This document shows, piece after piece, positions 28,803 through 37,014 of a stretch of DNA of 64,000 nt (the first letter of the stretch is position 1; every line of letters begins with the position of its first letter). The notes under the pieces are model-generated. The model was given only the letters and a program-made list of their open reading frames with translations, did no database searches and was not told the DNA's origin. The translations under genes were made by a program, and so were the position numbers. Source of the stretch: a virus; the IMG/VR virus record IMGVR_UViG_3300050343_000122, positions 32,001 through 96,000 of that record, one strand, 5' to 3'.

Positions 28803-30823
28803 TATGAAAAAAGTTTATTTCTTTTTCTACCAAAGAGTCCCCTTGACTCTGTAAATAGAATATTTTTCTTATTTTGTTTACGGAATGATGAAAATCTTTC
28901 ATCTTCTTTTGCACCCACTTTACCTATCATTGGATCTAGTTTCATTGCTAGTCCTACGGCTAATTCAGCTGCAATAATTCGGTCAAAGTTACCTGACTCG
29001 TTATATTGTATCATTTCTTCAAGCAGTACAGGGTCTAATATTTTAGACATACCTTTTACCTCTGATACTGTTTCTCCTTCTTCATTGGTTTCTGTGTGTA
29101 CCACTTCTTCAGTGTATTTCTTCAAACAACTATGTAAGAAGTCTCGTATCTTTTCTGAAGATCTATGTATACCGTAGTCACGTCTCACGGTAGTATTTGG
29201 TACTATTTCTTTTAACCACTGTGGTTGTTTTTCTAAATAATGAGCATCTCCTTTGTTAATCATGTAGTCAATAAAGGATATCTCATCATTTTCACACAAT
29301 GCTCTTGCATTGTAGTACTTTATTAGGTATCTAGCTTGTTCTTCCCAGGTTTCTTTCTTGTCTGGACGTGCACAATAGCTTGCAACAAACATATCTTGGT
29401 ACTTTTCTCCAGATATAGCATGCATACGCTTATATATGTATACAGAACCTAATGATGAGCTATATGCTGATTTACCCTGTCTATATGGGTCAATACCTGC
29501 AACATATAAGCCATATGGAGGATTTTCTATAGGAAACTCGTATATAATCACCGGTGCATCCTTCATATCAGTCTGCTTTAGTGGAAAGTTAGTTATAGGA
29601 AGCTTATCTGTAAAATCATGCTTTACTCCTTCTCCATCATCGTATAATATAACAGGTGTACCTGTTTTTTCTTGTTCTGATATTCTGTACTTCTGACGCT
29701 TGGCTGCTTCTATGTCAAATATGTTTGTATCTTCATTCAAGAATATATCATCTACGTCTTGAGGATAATACATCTTTTCTTTTAAGTAAGCAACTCTATC
29801 ACCAGCCTTCTTTAATCTTTCTAGGATATCGTTTGTGATCTCTGTTGCCTTCTCTTCATTTGATACTAGCATAGGGATCTTAGAAAGGGAAGAAGACTTT
29901 TCTTTATTTAAGAAACTACCTAATGTAGATTCTTCTTTTGCCTCCATTCTATATTTATGTGATATGAATAATCCATGGATACGCTTCTCATCTTTTTGGT
30001 TATTGTACGTAAGAAAGTTAAAATTATCTACGTCAAACATTAATGACTTTGCATCCATAAACATTTTCATGTCACCACCTGTACCTGTAAGAATGGGACT
30101 ACATCCCCATCCAAAAGGTGTGGTAAATCCTGGTATTGCAGCTTGTAAGCCACGTAAGAAGTTACCTTTACCTATCTCATCAATAATAAGTCTACGAGGT
30201 TTTGTACCTGCAATAGCTTCTTCATTATTACCTCCATCCAAGTTACGAATAAGGATCTGTGAGAATGGTATTCTTGTACCAGATTTAGTTTTTATACCAA
30301 GTGTTACTTGATTTTTCCAGTTATCTTCTACTCTTTGCCATCTCCATTCTTTTGGTAAAAAGTTTAAACCTTTATCAATCTTATCTGTAATCAACTTTAT
30401 ATCAGGTGCATTCAAACCTGCAATAATGTTTTGAGAGTTTTCATCAAAGGTAGCACCATGACCAATATAACTAGCTTCTATCACTGACTTAGCAAAACGT
30501 CTAATTCCTAATATCACTAGACCTTTCTTTTCTTTGTGAGCTCTATCTATCTCATTAGTTACCAACCACTCATTGTCACGTAATAATGGATTTGAATACT
30601 TTTGATTAATCCTACCGTACTCATCAATTATATCTACCTCTGTGTGCCAGAAGTTTAAGTGCCAATATAAGAATGGATTTATATATGTACCATCTACTGT
30701 ACATCCATTCATACACACCTCCTTATGAAAATCAAAAAATGCTTTATGCTCTTCTGAGTCTGGATCTGGAATTCGTTTCTGATTTATAAACCACTCAGAG
30801 TATTGCAAGTTTTGATAATCCAT
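28802..30823 (-). CDS. Terminase large subunit
   Basis: RRFAKS Walker A variant, IIDEIG Walker B, TGTGG, AGIDPY RNase H nuclease, NFDRI. Confidence 0.9.
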   Translation of the reverse strand: MDYQNLQYSEWFINQKRIPDPDSEEHKAFFDFHKEVCMNGCTVDGTYINPFLYWHLNFWHTEVDIIDEYGRINQKYSNPLLRDNEWLVTNEIDRAHKEKKGLVILGIRRFAKSVIEASYIGHGATFDENSQNIIAGLNAPDIKLITDKIDKGLNFLPKEWRWQRVEDNWKNQVTLGIKTKSGTRIPFSQILIRNLDGGNNEEAIAGTKPRRLIIDEIGKGNFLRGLQAAIPGFTTPFGWGCSPILTGTGGDMKMFMDAKSLMFDVDNFNFLTYNNQKDEKRIHGLFISHKYRMEAKEESTLGSFLNKEKSSSLSKIPMLVSNEEKATEITNDILERLKKAGDRVAYLKEKMYYPQDVDDIFLNEDTNIFDIEAAKRQKYRISEQEKTGTPVILYDDGEGVKHDFTDKLPITNFPLKQTDMKDAPVIIYEFPIENPPYGLYVAGIDPYRQGKSAYSSSLGSVYIYKRMHAISGEKYQDMFVASYCARPDKKETWEEQARYLIKYYNARALCENDEISFIDYMINKGDAHYLEKQPQWLKEIVPNTTVRRDYGIHRSSEKIRDFLHSCLKKYTEEVVHTETNEEGETVSEVKGMSKILDPVLLEEMIQYNESGNFDRIIAAELAVGLAMKLDPMIGKVGAKEDERFSSFRKQNKKNILFTESRGLFGRKRNKLFS

Positions 30824-31152
30824 TAATCTCTAGTTTTTAGAAAATCTTCAGCCATACTACCTAGTGCTGCACCTCCTCTTGTTTCCACTTTTTTAACTTC
30901 CTTCTCACGAAGATTGTCTACCTGACCTAATAAGGCTAAGTAGTTTTTCATGGTATCTTGTATAAATTTACCTTGTGATTCAATAGAAGCTACAACCATA
31001 GGTATAGATCCACCATTTGCAGTTTGCTTATACTCTATCCTGTCTTTTAAAGATGGAAGAGGGTTTGCATCTACATAAGCTTTCCATTGGACCAACTGTT
31101 GTTCAGCCCAATCTAATTCTGCATTTATGTATGTAGTTTTCTTTACTGGCAT
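30823..31152 (-). CDS. Hypothetical protein upstream of TerL (possible small terminase)
   Basis: Helical 109 aa coupled to TerL with a TRGG-type C-terminus; position only. Confidence 0.35.
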   Translation of the reverse strand: MPVKKTTYINAELDWAEQQLVQWKAYVDANPLPSLKDRIEYKQTANGGSIPMVVASIESQGKFIQDTMKNYLALLGQVDNLREKEVKKVETRGGAALGSMAEDFLKTRD

Positions 31153-31159
31153 TCATTTT

Positions 31160-31408
31160 TTATTTACCTATTGACATTCCGTCTTCTATAATTTTGTTTA
31201 AATCAAAATTATCATCAAGTAACTCCACTGCATCCAGTTTAGCTTGGTAGTCATTTAGGAGATTATAAAACTTTTTATCTGAGATAGACCATACATCTTC
31301 TCCATCTAATGCTGTGGCAATATGTTTGCCTATGTTCATTTTAGGGTGAGTCTTTTTAAGCAGGTCTATAATATTAATTATCTTTTGTACGTACATTGGT
31401 TTAATCAA
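31160..31408 (-). CDS. Hypothetical protein
   Basis: ORF track; part of a coupled operon. Confidence 0.55.
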   Translation of the reverse strand: MIKPMYVQKIINIIDLLKKTHPKMNIGKHIATALDGEDVWSISDKKFYNLLNDYQAKLDAVELLDDNFDLNKIIEDGMSIGK

Positions 31409-31691
31409 TTAGGTCATTTATATCTTCGTCTGATATAGGGGGTAAATTTTCTTCGTAATCTTGTTCAGTAACCATATACTCTGGATCAGTGTCATACATT
31501 TTGTTTTCTTCTGTTTCTTGATCGACATAGTACTCAGGTTTAACTGTAATCTTAATCATGTCTTGATCTGAGTCAGTTGGTTCACCTTCTATATCTATAA
31601 AGTCTGCACCATCATCATATATCTTCTTAAGCATATCTATTAATGCCATAATAGACACTTTTCTTAGTTTTGTAAATCTCTTTGCACTCAT
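31401..31691 (-). CDS. Hypothetical acidic protein
   Basis: ORF track; overlapping start and stop codons. Confidence 0.55.
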   Translation of the reverse strand: MSAKRFTKLRKVSIMALIDMLKKIYDDGADFIDIEGEPTDSDQDMIKITVKPEYYVDQETEENKMYDTDPEYMVTEQDYEENLPPISDEDINDLID

Positions 31692-31990
31692 AACTCATAT
31701 TCTTCAATTACATCTTGTTGTTCATCATTTAACACTGCCAACCATTTGTGTATAGGGCATTCGCAAGATAGGCATTTTGTTTTAGCTGACAAAGTACAAC
31801 CGCAACTAACACAATGTGCATCCGGTCTAACCACTTTATGATTCTTTGAATGGTTAGGACAATCTTCACATATGGCCATGCGTTCTGCACTCACCAAGTC
31901 TATCTGCTCCACCATATCGGCATCAGGGAGTAGCTTATTCTTCCATCCTTCGTATATCTGACCTACGTTGATTTTTAGATTTTTATACAT
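31688..31990 (-). CDS. Cys-rich metal-binding protein (DUF6171-like)
   Basis: R..ICxxC...CxxCGC.L.AK......CP..KW pattern. Confidence 0.6.
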   Translation of the reverse strand: MYKNLKINVGQIYEGWKNKLLPDADMVEQIDLVSAERMAICEDCPNHSKNHKVVRPDAHCVSCGCTLSAKTKCLSCECPIHKWLAVLNDEQQDVIEEYEL

Positions 31991-32343
31991 TAGTCCTGTA
32001 GTTTTGGTTTTATAGAATTCAATGTTAAGTTGAGATTGCTAAGTTTACTCTTTATCACATCTAACTTTTTTGTTGGCAATGTACCTTCGGCTAGTTGCTG
32101 TTCGTAAACTTTTTTTATTTTTTCTAACTTCTCAACATGCCTGTCGGCCTTGGATTTGTTAAATATGAACTTTCCAAATCCGGAAATTTCTACACTGTTG
32201 TTTGTCTTTGTAGCATCTTCAGCAGAATTAAACTGATGTGTAATCACTTGACTGATCACTCTTTCACTCACTACTAGACCCACTGCCATCTTCTTCACTA
32301 TATGTTCTCTCAGTGTCGTTACTGTCTTGTCTATCTTCTTCAT
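31990..32343 (-). CDS. HU/IHF-like DNA-binding protein
   Basis: SVEISGFGKF motif. Confidence 0.65.
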   Translation of the reverse strand: MKKIDKTVTTLREHIVKKMAVGLVVSERVISQVITHQFNSAEDATKTNNSVEISGFGKFIFNKSKADRHVEKLEKIKKVYEQQLAEGTLPTKKLDVIKSKLSNLNLTLNSIKPKLQD

Positions 32344-32692
32344 GCTCTAGTTGTATGAACAAATTAATATGCTTATCAAAGTCTAAAACTATTACAGGGT
32401 TTACCTTCACCTTACTATCTTCTTTGATGAATATACCCACTTTCTTCAGCTTGCTCACTATATTATTGATCGTAGCTGTTGTTGTGTTATACATCTGACA
32501 AAACTCTGTTCTAGCATTAGCATACGTGATTGTACCTTTTATAGCTGTATAAGCTACCAATTGTATCTCTCGCTCTGTAAGCTTTAAGTTGTTAAGTGCA
32601 GATAGCAATGAATAGTACTTCTGTGCAAGCTTGTACTTATCACTGTGCTGCATTGCTAGTTTTTGAACTACCTTATTATTCTGTGCTTCCAT
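32264..32692 (-). CDS. Winged-helix DNA-binding protein, first gene of the late operon
   Basis: LTERE...INNIVSKLKKVG.....VNP wHTH pattern. Confidence 0.55.
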   Translation of the reverse strand: MEAQNNKVVQKLAMQHSDKYKLAQKYYSLLSALNNLKLTEREIQLVAYTAIKGTITYANARTEFCQMYNTTTATINNIVSKLKKVGIFIKEDSKVKVNPVIVLDFDKHINLFIQLEHEEDRQDSNDTERTYSEEDGSGSSSE

Positions 32693-32722
32693 TATTTAGT
32701 TATATTGGCTTTATACTATATG

Positions 32723-32730
32723 CAAATATA
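32723..32730 (-). promoter_or_regulatory. Bacteroidota -7 element (TATATTTG) driving the leftward late operon
   Basis: TAnnTTTG about 30 nt upstream of ATG 32692. Further matches at 32863-32870 (minus) and 32758-32765 (plus). Confidence 0.65.
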
Positions 32731-33040
32731 TAAAAAAAATATTTGACTTATCAAACTTATCTTTGTAGAAAAGCTATATTATGTATAAACATTCATCGAT
32801 TCACTGGTCCACAGGAGCATCGATAAGAGGAATGCTTAGAATCACTAAGCCCACCCACCCACCAAAGGTATAACATTATATCCCAAAGTTCCAAATTTTT
32901 AAATGCCCTTTTTCTAAAACACCCTCCCCCCATCGTGTGTGTGCGATAGGAGACCCCTTCCCATTGAAACCCCACTAAAAAAAAGCGTGGTGGGGGTAGT
33001 CCCCCTTTGACAAAACACGTAACACTAAATACATAATACA

Positions 33041-33442
33041 ATGAGTAGTACATTATTAAACTGGAACACCTTTGTTCCAACAGAAAGAGAAGAAATCGGA
33101 ATGGTTGCAGAACTGTGTGGCCCAAATGGAACTTTAAACCTTGTTCCAAGCAACTTTGCTAACCCTGATAAGCGTGTTGTGGTTGTGCTTAAACGTGAGG
33201 ACGGTACATCAACAGCTATCACTTGTTCATCACGAGTTAGTGAGGGTGTTAGAGCCAAGGACATTACTATTAGCAATCTGTTTGGCTTTACTGTTTACAA
33301 GCAAATCAATAGCACAACAGGCGAAGAATACGCTATGATAGGAATGCCTTCAGGTAACTCAACTCTCATCAGCTTTAAGAACGAGGGTGTTGTTGACTAT
33401 CAACCAGAACTTGTTAACACCGATGACTTAGTAGCATTCTAA
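33041..33442 (+). CDS. First rightward (early) gene, hypothetical beta-rich protein
   Basis: ORF track; A-rich leader; biased codons. Confidence 0.65.
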   Translation: MSSTLLNWNTFVPTEREEIGMVAELCGPNGTLNLVPSNFANPDKRVVVVLKREDGTSTAITCSSRVSEGVRAKDITISNLFGFTVYKQINSTTGEEYAMIGMPSGNSTLISFKNEGVVDYQPELVNTDDLVAF

Positions 33443-33452
33443 TAACTAACCA

Positions 33453-33495
33453 ATAAGAGCTTGGAGTGGGAGCAATCTCACTCTAAGTTACTTAT
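33453..33495 (+). other. Long RNA hairpin with GCAA tetraloop
   Basis: ATAAG AGCTTGGAGTGGGA-GCAA-TCTCACTCTAAGTT A CTTAT. Confidence 0.6.
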
Positions 33496-33670
33496 ATATA
33501 GGGTGGGAAAGTTAGGGTTGGGCCTTATATAAGGAGAATAACAACAAACAAGGGTAAAGTTGTACATGTTTTACGTGTGTGTGAACACAGTAGTGTACTC
33601 ACTACCCACTTTAAGCCACTTTTTACCACCTTAGAATATATCACACCTATAATATACATATAGCATTAAC

Positions 33671-33811
33671 ATGACAAAAGAAGACAAACTATACAGACAA
33701 GGTAGATCAGAACAACAGTATGAATCTGCTATGATACTTACAACTATCTCCTATATAGGTTTGATAGTTTCCTTTATACTAATACTAATAATAAATACAA
33801 TAAGATTATGA
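33671..33811 (+). CDS. Small membrane protein, 46 aa
   Basis: Manual translation MTKEDKLYRQGRS...; C-terminal hydrophobic helix. Confidence 0.55.
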   Translation: MTKEDKLYRQGRSEQQYESAMILTTISYIGLIVSFILILIINTIRL

Positions 33812-33927
33812 AAACGAAACCAGTAGGAATGGTACATCTAAAAGGTATCAACGATAAAGAGTACGCTAAGTATAAAGCTAAGCTAGATACAAGTAAAGAC
33901 AATCACAACTTAAAGCTACAATTATGA
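33808..33927 (+). CDS. Small basic protein, 39 aa
   Basis: ATGA-coupled on both sides. Confidence 0.5.
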   Translation: MKTKPVGMVHLKGINDKEYAKYKAKLDTSKDNHNLKLQL

Positions 33928-34073
33928 ACCGCAAGATTAAACTACTACCTACAGCATTTCATAAGTTCAGACAGGTTGCATTTGCAGCTGGTCTGTTCTT
34001 TATATGCAGTATACAAAACTCAGAGTACACTGTTGAAGCAGATGACTCTCAATTAGAACAATTAGGATATTAA
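33924..34073 (+). CDS. Small hypothetical protein, 49 aa
   Basis: ATGA-coupled; MNRKIKLLPTAFHKFRQ... Confidence 0.55.
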   Translation: MNRKIKLLPTAFHKFRQVAFAAGLFFICSIQNSEYTVEADDSQLEQLGY

Positions 34074-34346
34074 CAATAAGGGCTGGACTAACAATCGTGG
34101 ATTCTAGATAACTATAAGTGTAGGTAGTCTAACATGCCAAGTCACTTACCTCAACGCTGCAGGAGAGCAGATGAAAGGTCCTTTATTGAAACAAGCTTAG
34201 AGCAATGAGTCAAGCAATACCACTGACTATTCTGAGATAGTGTCAGCCATTGGACAACTAAAGCATGAGACACATGTATAGTTAGTCAACATTAGATCTA
34301 CTAGCGGATCTATAATAAGATGGATAAGCACTCTAAGTTATTTGTT
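34074..34346 (+). ncRNA. Two adjacent multi-stem structured RNA candidates
   Basis: Closing stems CAATAAGG/CCTTTATTG (34074-34188) and AACAAGCTTAGAG/CTCTAAGT-TAT-TTGTT (34190-34346), each with internal hairpins; no ORF. Confidence 0.45.
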
Positions 34347-34368
34347 TAACTACTAAAAAATCGGAAAG

Positions 34369-34716
34369 ATGAAAACATTACTAATACTACTAATGGTCGT
34401 TGATGTGTCAGTTACAGCAACGATATATCATGCAGTGCCAGATCAGACAGACAGCACACCATTCATCACAGCATCCAACAAGGTTATCAATAAGGATAAT
34501 CCTGGTGCACATAGATGGATTGCAGTGTCTAGAGACTTAGAAGCTTTGGGTTATACATTTGGCACAAGAGTATGTGTTGACAATGCAGGCCCAATGAATG
34601 GATATTGGGTGGTGCAAGACAGAATGAATAAGAGATGGAAACACAGAATAGACTTTCTAGTTGATGAGTCTATGAAAGGTGGCAAGTGGGAAGACGTAAA
34701 AATATACATAGAATGA
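34369..34716 (+). CDS. 3D (Asp-Asp-Asp) domain protein, putative peptidoglycan lytic transglycosylase
   Basis: T.Y.A...QTD.TP.ITAS, IAVSRDL, DRMN.R...IDF; hydrophobic N-terminus. Confidence 0.7.
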   Translation: MKTLLILLMVVDVSVTATIYHAVPDQTDSTPFITASNKVINKDNPGAHRWIAVSRDLEALGYTFGTRVCVDNAGPMNGYWVVQDRMNKRWKHRIDFLVDESMKGGKWEDVKIYIE

Positions 34717-34946
34717 GATTCAAAAAGACAAGACAAACTATCAAATACAATGGGATCTATTTAGATTGTGTGGGGTACTACGAACCAGGTGAAGCAATGA
34801 CATACGAATATCCAGGTAGCTCAGCTAACTTTGATGTTCATGAGGTGTTTGTTGATTCAACAGATATCATGGATTTACTTGATGATACACAGCTAGAAGA
34901 GATAGAAGTAGAAGTATTGGATGCTATTGATGATAATGATTGGTAG
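34713..34946 (+). CDS. Hypothetical acidic protein
   Basis: ATGA-coupled start at 34713; YEYPG motif. Confidence 0.55.
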   Translation: MRFKKTRQTIKYNGIYLDCVGYYEPGEAMTYEYPGSSANFDVHEVFVDSTDIMDLLDDTQLEEIEVEVLDAIDDNDW

Positions 34947-35056
34947 TTTAATCAGTGAGTGGTGGAGGTCAAGCGTGGAAAAGAAGCGTGCAGGGTTACC
35001 GAGTCCCAACCTCCACTTACTCTTAATAATAAATAAGAACTTTTAAAATAAATACA

Positions 35057-35227
35057 ATGAACAAGCAATACCCAGAAGAAATGACAAGCAACAAGCAGCC
35101 ACACATAATGTGTCCGGAATGCTTTAAAGGAACTGTAGTGATGAGCTACGCACGTAAAGAGGGAAGCTGTGACAACTGTGGCACAGAGTTTCACCTATTA
35201 GCAGGTAACACATTAAGATATAAATAG
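35057..35227 (+). CDS. Small zinc-ribbon protein, 56 aa
   Basis: Manual translation; CPEC...CDNCG. Confidence 0.6.
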   Translation: MNKQYPEEMTSNKQPHIMCPECFKGTVVMSYARKEGSCDNCGTEFHLLAGNTLRYK

Positions 35228-35228
35228 C

Positions 35229-35708
35229 ATGGGAAAAGAAAGAAACTTAGTGTGGATAGCAATAGAGCTTGTTCTTCACCATGACTACGATGAAAAGATA
35301 CTACCAGAAACGTTGTTTATGAACATTCACTATCCTGGTAGTGACAAAGAGTTTGTAGAGGTTTATCCTTTAGGCTCTGCAGCATATAAAGTTTTTGAGA
35401 AAGGTATGATATTACCAGATTCATTTGGATACCCTGTTAAGCCACATATTATTGATGACAATGGAATAACAGTTGTTCATCCTGATGAGATAGGTTATTT
35501 TGATAACCCAAGAACTGATGATGAGTATGAAATGTTTACAAGTAAGCAGATGAACATCATTTTACAAGACTTTGATGGTATATGTGAATTACTTGTTTAT
35601 GAAGATGAACTAGAAGATAACTTTATACAACCTGTATACATAGGTGATGATAGTTTGGTTGTAATAAGAGGACTAACGCCCAATGAAGATGATGATGAGG
35701 CGGACTAA
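35229..35708 (+). CDS. Hypothetical acidic protein
   Basis: ORF track. Confidence 0.6.
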   Translation: MGKERNLVWIAIELVLHHDYDEKILPETLFMNIHYPGSDKEFVEVYPLGSAAYKVFEKGMILPDSFGYPVKPHIIDDNGITVVHPDEIGYFDNPRTDDEYEMFTSKQMNIILQDFDGICELLVYEDELEDNFIQPVYIGDDSLVVIRGLTPNEDDDEAD

Positions 35709-35718
35709 AAACAATATT

Positions 35719-35958
35719 ATGAGTAAGAAAGAAGAGTTTTATGACTATGTTTGTAACTCGTGTGATGCAAATTATACGAGCAATGAACATGAAACTGAAT
35801 GTTTCTATTGTGGTGAAAAGACAATAGTGATTCAGGTTAAAAGGCCAAGTATAATTAGAGTTAGAAAGAAAACAGCACGTCAGGAGCTTGATGAAGCTCT
35901 TGATGCTATGTCTAGCCCTGATTTTGATTGGGATTACGCAATAAATAAACACAAATGA
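35719..35958 (+). CDS. Zinc-ribbon protein
   Basis: Y.CNSC...CFYCG; start moved to MSKKEE. Confidence 0.55.
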   Translation: MSKKEEFYDYVCNSCDANYTSNEHETECFYCGEKTIVIQVKRPSIIRVRKKTARQELDEALDAMSSPDFDWDYAINKHK

Positions 35959-36080
35959 CAAAAGAAATGTTATTAAATAGAATTGAAAAAATAGTAAAAA
36001 GAGTTAGAAACGAAAAAGGACATACAAATGGGCTTTACGTTGCAAGCGAAATACTTAGAGAGATTAACAAACTTAGATAA
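35955..36080 (+). CDS. Small hypothetical protein, 41 aa
   Basis: Manual translation MTKEMLLNRIEKIV... Confidence 0.45.
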   Translation: MTKEMLLNRIEKIVKRVRNEKGHTNGLYVASEILREINKLR

Positions 36081-36082
36081 AT

Positions 36083-36202
36083 ATGGGACTACAAGAAAGA
36101 TCAAAGAGAAGACAAGCATTTCAGAGATGGATGCTTATGATTAATAATAAATACATTAAAGACGAGAAACAGATGCTAGCAGCATACAAAAAAATCAAAT
36201 AA
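36083..36202 (+). CDS. Small basic protein, 39 aa
   Basis: Manual translation MGLQERSKRRQAFQRW... Confidence 0.45.
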   Translation: MGLQERSKRRQAFQRWMLMINNKYIKDEKQMLAAYKKIK

Positions 36203-36204
36203 TT

Positions 36205-36771
36205 ATGGGAGTAGATATATACGGTAGAAAAACAGAATGGAAAGGTGAAAAACCAGAGATAAACTGGAGTGAAGACCACACAGAAGAAGCTAAAGACGAA
36301 TTCTTTAAACTATTACATGAGTTTGAAGAGGACAATCCTGGATACTATTTCAGGAGTAACTGGTGGGGCTGGAGACCAATAGTCATGCTAAGTGAGATAG
36401 CATCAGCAAACGAAGGACTAGAGATAGACTTTGAGTATTGGGGCTCTAATGATGGTAATGGACTAGAGACACAAGAACAATGTAACAAACTTGCTGATGC
36501 AATTGAGAAGCTTATGGCAACAGATGGTGGATTTGTAGAAGACTTTGACACATTGTATGTTAATATGGGATCATGGACCAATTCACAAGGAGGATTTGTA
36601 GACCAAGCTACAAGAGAAGAGCTAAACAAGACACTACCTGAAGGTAGAGTTGCATTTACAGGAGTTGTACATGATGAAGGTGTATTCTATCCAGCACATA
36701 GTGCAGATAAAAGACACATAGATAATTTTATCGAGTTTTTACGTGATTGTAATGGCTTTACTATTTGGTAA
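36205..36771 (+). CDS. Conserved phage hypothetical protein (MG.D.Y...YFR.N.W.WRP...F..FL..C.GF.IW)
   Basis: Recognisable phage protein pattern; function unknown. Confidence 0.6.
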   Translation: MGVDIYGRKTEWKGEKPEINWSEDHTEEAKDEFFKLLHEFEEDNPGYYFRSNWWGWRPIVMLSEIASANEGLEIDFEYWGSNDGNGLETQEQCNKLADAIEKLMATDGGFVEDFDTLYVNMGSWTNSQGGFVDQATREELNKTLPEGRVAFTGVVHDEGVFYPAHSADKRHIDNFIEFLRDCNGFTIW

Positions 36772-36786
36772 TATAACTAAATTTGT

Positions 36787-36794
36787 TATTTTTG
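36787..36794 (+). promoter_or_regulatory. Bacteroidota -7 element (TATTTTTG) opening the replication operon
   Basis: TAnnTTTG 22 nt upstream of ATG 36817. Confidence 0.55.
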
Positions 36795-36816
36795 TAAAAC
36801 AATTCACACACACATA

Positions 36817-37014
36817 ATGAAATTCATAACCTTTCTAATTAGATGGATAAGTCAACAGCTGGCTATACCATTCTGGATAGTTGGACACATACATTTGTCT
36901 ATTCATAACTTGCATGACCTATACGAAATACTAAGTAGTGTAGGTCTGCATATAATTGTAGGCATTGGGTTCTATTTAGACTATAAAGACTATAAAGACC
37001 AACCGGATGTGTAG
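36817..37014 (+). CDS. Small His-containing membrane protein
   Basis: Two hydrophobic segments; GHIHL. Confidence 0.55.
   Translation: MKFITFLIRWISQQLAIPFWIVGHIHLSIHNLHDLYEILSSVGLHIIVGIGFYLDYKDYKDQPDV

Noticed and set aside
32793-33276. Minus-strand ORFs 32793-33149 and 33025-33276
   Set aside because: They overlap the stronger plus-strand gene and the G/C-tract regulatory region, with atypical composition.
34074-35022. Canonical tRNA genes or known self-cleaving ribozymes
   Set aside because: No complete cloverleaf, and conserved cores of hammerhead, twister, pistol and HDV-like ribozymes could not be placed by eye. Kept only as unclassified structured RNAs.
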